From Mycobacteriales bacterium (GTDB lineage Bacteria; Actinomycetota; Actinomycetes; Mycobacteriales; SCTD01): a stretch of 64,000 nt of DNA. The notes beneath the pieces are model-generated. The model had not been told where the DNA came from. It did not search any database and saw only the letters and a list, made by a program, of their open reading frames with translations. Shown one piece after another: positions 61,333-64,000 of this stretch. A program made the position numbers and the translations under genes. The stretch is taken from contig JBKJQN010000055.1 in the NCBI GenBank assembly GCA_046593925.1, positions 21,183 through 85,182 on the forward strand. The letters are read 5' to 3'. Each line of letters begins with the position of its first letter. Within the stretch, counting starts at the first letter, position 1.

Positions 61333-62739
61333 GTGAACCAGGACCCGGGCGCGCTCCTGCCCGAGCTCGTCCTGCTGCTCGGCGCCGTCGCGACGCTCCT
61401 GCTCGGCAGCTTCCTGCCCCGGCGGCGGCAGTGGGTCGCCCGACTGGCGGCCGCGGGGGTCCTGCTGGGGTCGGCCGCGCTCGCGGCCGTGGCGCTCGCC
61501 GGCCCGGACCAGCTCGTCTACGACGACACGTTCGCCGCGGACGGACTCACCGGCACCGCGCGGCTCGTGGTCGCGCTCTCCGGCCTGCTCGTCCTGGGCA
61601 TCATGAGCGACGAGATCGCCGGCGACGCGCGCGAGAGCGAGCACTACGTGCTCGTGCTGTTCGCCGTGCTCGGCACCGACGTGCTCGCGGGCGGCAACGA
61701 CCTGCTGCTGCTGGCCGTCGGGTACCTCCTCGCCAGCGTGCCCTTGTACGCGCTCGCCGGGGCGGCCCGGGACGGCGCCGGGACGGAGGCGGCGCTGAAG
61801 ACGTACCTGCTCGGGGCGTTCCTCGGCGTCGCGATGCTCACCGGCGTCGTGGTCCTGTCCGGCGTCGTCGGCGGCACCGGCTACCGGCTCCTGACCGCCG
61901 GCCTCGCCGGCACACCCCGTCCCGCGGTCGCCGTCGGCGTGGTCGCGCTCCTCGCCGGGCTCATGTTCAAAGCCGGCGCCGTCCCCGGGCACTTCTGGGT
62001 CCCGGACGCCGCGCAGGGCTCCCGGGCCGGCGCGGCTGCCCTGCTGACGACCGTCCCGAAGGTCGGCGGCGTGCTCGCCGCCTACCGGGTCCTGTCGGCC
62101 GTCCCCGTCAGCGTGGTCGACTGGCCGCTCCTGGTGGCGGTGCTCGCCGCAGTCACCATGACCCTGGGCAACCTCGCCGCGTTCGGGCAGACCAGCCCGC
62201 GACGGCTGCTCGGCTGGTCGACCGTCAGCCAGTCGGGCTACCTGCTCATGGCGGTCGCCGTTGCCGGCCGCGTCGACCTCGCGCTGCCGTCGCTGGCGCT
62301 GTACCTCGCCGGCTACGCGGTCACGAACCTCGGCGCGTTCGCCGTCACCGCCGCTCTGCCGGAGCGGACCTCCCTGGAGCACTACCGGGGGCTCGTCGCC
62401 CGGCGGCCGTGGCTCGCCCTGTCGCTGCTGGTGCTCCTGCTCGGCCTCGTCGGCACCCCGCCCACGGCGGTGTTCGCCGGCAAGCTCACCGTCTTCGCTG
62501 CGGCCCTCGACGGCGGCCTCGGCTGGCTCGTCGCGGTCGCCGCCGTGAACACCGTCGCGAGCCTGTTCTACTACCTCCGATGGCTGGCGCCCGCCTTCGA
62601 CCGGGCCGGCGGGGCCGGGCTCCCAACCACCCGCGTCGGGGCTGTCGCCGGCACGTGCGCGGTCACCGCAGCCGTCGCCTCCGTCGCACTCGGGCTCGGC
62701 GCCGGACTCGTGTTGGCCCTGCGTCCTGCCCTGGGCTGA
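61333..62739 (+). CDS. nuoN: NuoN-like antiporter-type subunit
   Basis: LLPEL, EAALKTYLLG, FKAGAVPGHFWVPD, VPK, GNLAA.Q, GTPPT..FAGK, SLFYYLR. Confidence 0.92.
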   Translation: MNQDPGALLPELVLLLGAVATLLLGSFLPRRRQWVARLAAAGVLLGSAALAAVALAGPDQLVYDDTFAADGLTGTARLVVALSGLLVLGIMSDEIAGDARESEHYVLVLFAVLGTDVLAGGNDLLLLAVGYLLASVPLYALAGAARDGAGTEAALKTYLLGAFLGVAMLTGVVVLSGVVGGTGYRLLTAGLAGTPRPAVAVGVVALLAGLMFKAGAVPGHFWVPDAAQGSRAGAAALLTTVPKVGGVLAAYRVLSAVPVSVVDWPLLVAVLAAVTMTLGNLAAFGQTSPRRLLGWSTVSQSGYLLMAVAVAGRVDLALPSLALYLAGYAVTNLGAFAVTAALPERTSLEHYRGLVARRPWLALSLLVLLLGLVGTPPTAVFAGKLTVFAAALDGGLGWLVAVAAVNTVASLFYYLRWLAPAFDRAGGAGLPTTRVGAVAGTCAVTAAVASVALGLGAGLVLALRPALG

Positions 62740-62991
62740 CGTCCCGGCGGGACAAAGACCGCGGCGCCCCGGGCGGCCTTGCTCGCCTCGGTGAGCCGGT
62801 TGAACGCCTCGGCGGCGTCCGCACGCAGCAGGTGGCCGAGTGCGTAGGACAGCGGGAGAAACGCGCTGGCCGGGACGGTGCCTCGCGGGCGGCCTGCTCG
62901 GCGGCGACCAGGGCCGCCTCCAGCCTGGCGATCTCGTCGGTGCGCTGTCCCTGCAGTCGGTCGAGCTCGCCGGCCGCCGGCCCCAGGTCCG

Positions 62992-63018
62992 GTCGGTCCT
63001 GTCGGTCCTGTCGGTCCT
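62992..63018. repeat. (GTCGGTCCT)x3 tandem repeat
   Basis: Read directly from the sequence; lies in non-coding or relic DNA. Confidence 0.8.
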
Positions 63019-63489
63019 GGTCTTCAGACCGTCGAAGTCGTCAGCGAGCGACCGTTCGCGGGCCGTGGCACCGTCCCGGGGCACCCGGGCGTCCCGGTCG
63101 GCGTCGTGGGGGCGACATCGCCGGCCGCGACTGCGGCGGCCAGCACCTCATGGGTGTTGCCCTGTACCTGTCGCCGATCCGCGTCCGCCCGGAACGCCGA
63201 TGTGACCCCGCCGCTCAGTCAGCGACCCGGGGAGTCGGACCGGACTACGACGCCGCGCGCTGTCCCTTCCCCTGTCAGCGGCGGCAGGACCGCACGCAGG
63301 TACTCCTGCCCGGCGTCCGCGACGAGCGCCTCCACAACGTGCGGCAGGCCCACCCCCCGGCGGTCCAGCGTCATCCGGCTAGCCCCGGGGGCGGGCCTCC
63401 CAGGTCCAGCGTGGCCGGTCCGGCGATCGGGTCGGCGGTGACGACGCGCTGACCGGCGCTGCCGCGGGGAGCCTTGGCGCGGCGCACGG

Positions 63490-63812
63490 CGTCCGATGCC
63501 GGATCGCGTCGTCGGTCTCGACGGTCACGTCGTACTGCTCGGCCTCCACAGGGTCGACCCTGGTGAAGTCATGGCGCCCCCGGGTGGCCTTGCGTGCCAG
63601 GAACGCGAACATCGCCCAACAGGCCGCGCCTGACACGACGCTCCCCACCAGGGTCCCGAAGCCGGCGGAGCCGGAACTGAACAGCCCGAGCAGGAACCCG
63701 AAGAGCAGACCGAACCAGGTGCCGGTCAGAGCCGCCCGGCCGCTGGTGAGCCGACCGGTCACCTACTCGACCGACCGCAGGCCGTTGCCACGATCCGGGA
63801 GTGCTCGACGGG
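63490..63812 (-). pseudogene. General stress protein (YflT/17M-like membrane protein) with premature stop
   Basis: LRSVE-stop-VTGRLTSGRAA...WFGLLFG...TRGRHDF...AEQYDV. Confidence 0.7.
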
Positions 63813-64000
63813 GCAGCACCGTGCGGGTGCCGGGTTACCTCACCGTGCAGCACTTGCCGAGGGTGATGACGGTGACGACGCCTCCGGCGAAGGTGCGGCG
63901 GCTGGACCTGCCGCAGTCGTGGAAAGGGGTCTGCTCCTCGGCGAGGAAGTGCCCGGCGAACACGGAGTGCACGATCGCGCGGAGCGGACCGGTGCGCCAC

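Noticed and set aside
54755-62739. Ordinary respiratory complex I or Mrp antiporter operon
   Set aside because: No NuoC/E/F/G/I and no Fe-S or quinone ligands; has NuoA/H/J-like subunits and lacks MrpE/F/G.
62740-63480. Possible coding fragments downstream of nuoN
   Set aside because: No family could be recognised with confidence; probably decayed sequence.

Overview
High-GC (by eye about 70%) actinobacterial-type accessory region. Intact operons alternate with at least 20 decayed gene fragments, IS remnants and a tRNA-Arg 3' fragment that looks like an att site. Intact modules, in order: MMPL transporter, DUF4389 protein and MalT-like LuxR regulator; VOC and AraC; STAS protein plus an OmpR/histidine kinase/GerMN-lipoprotein two-component system with three shared 17-bp boxes; CLC channel; CPA1 cation/H+ antiporter; glucose dehydrogenase and GH15; a tight DoxX-TusA-DsrE-(TusA-radical SAM) operon; fhs; a CitE-like lyase, double-hotdog hydratase and Mct-like CoA transferase operon; beta-helix and other secreted proteins; YciI and ECF42-like sigma; two TenA genes; GMC oxidoreductase; serine hydrolase; a membrane-fused multicopper oxidase; DJ-1/PfpI; csoR-copZ with a decayed copA. 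The strongest candidate for an undescribed system is the intact 8-gene complex-I-like operon at 54755-62739 (nuoA, a nuoB/nuoD hybrid, nuoH, J, K, L, M, N). It has no NADH-input or Fe-S subunits, has lost the N2-cluster and quinone-site residues, has gained Met-rich tracts, and sits directly behind copper-homeostasis genes. This suggests a redox-independent, proton-coupled Cu(I) transporter, which is inference only. All calls come from motif recognition by eye; no database searches were run, and pseudogene boundaries are approximate.
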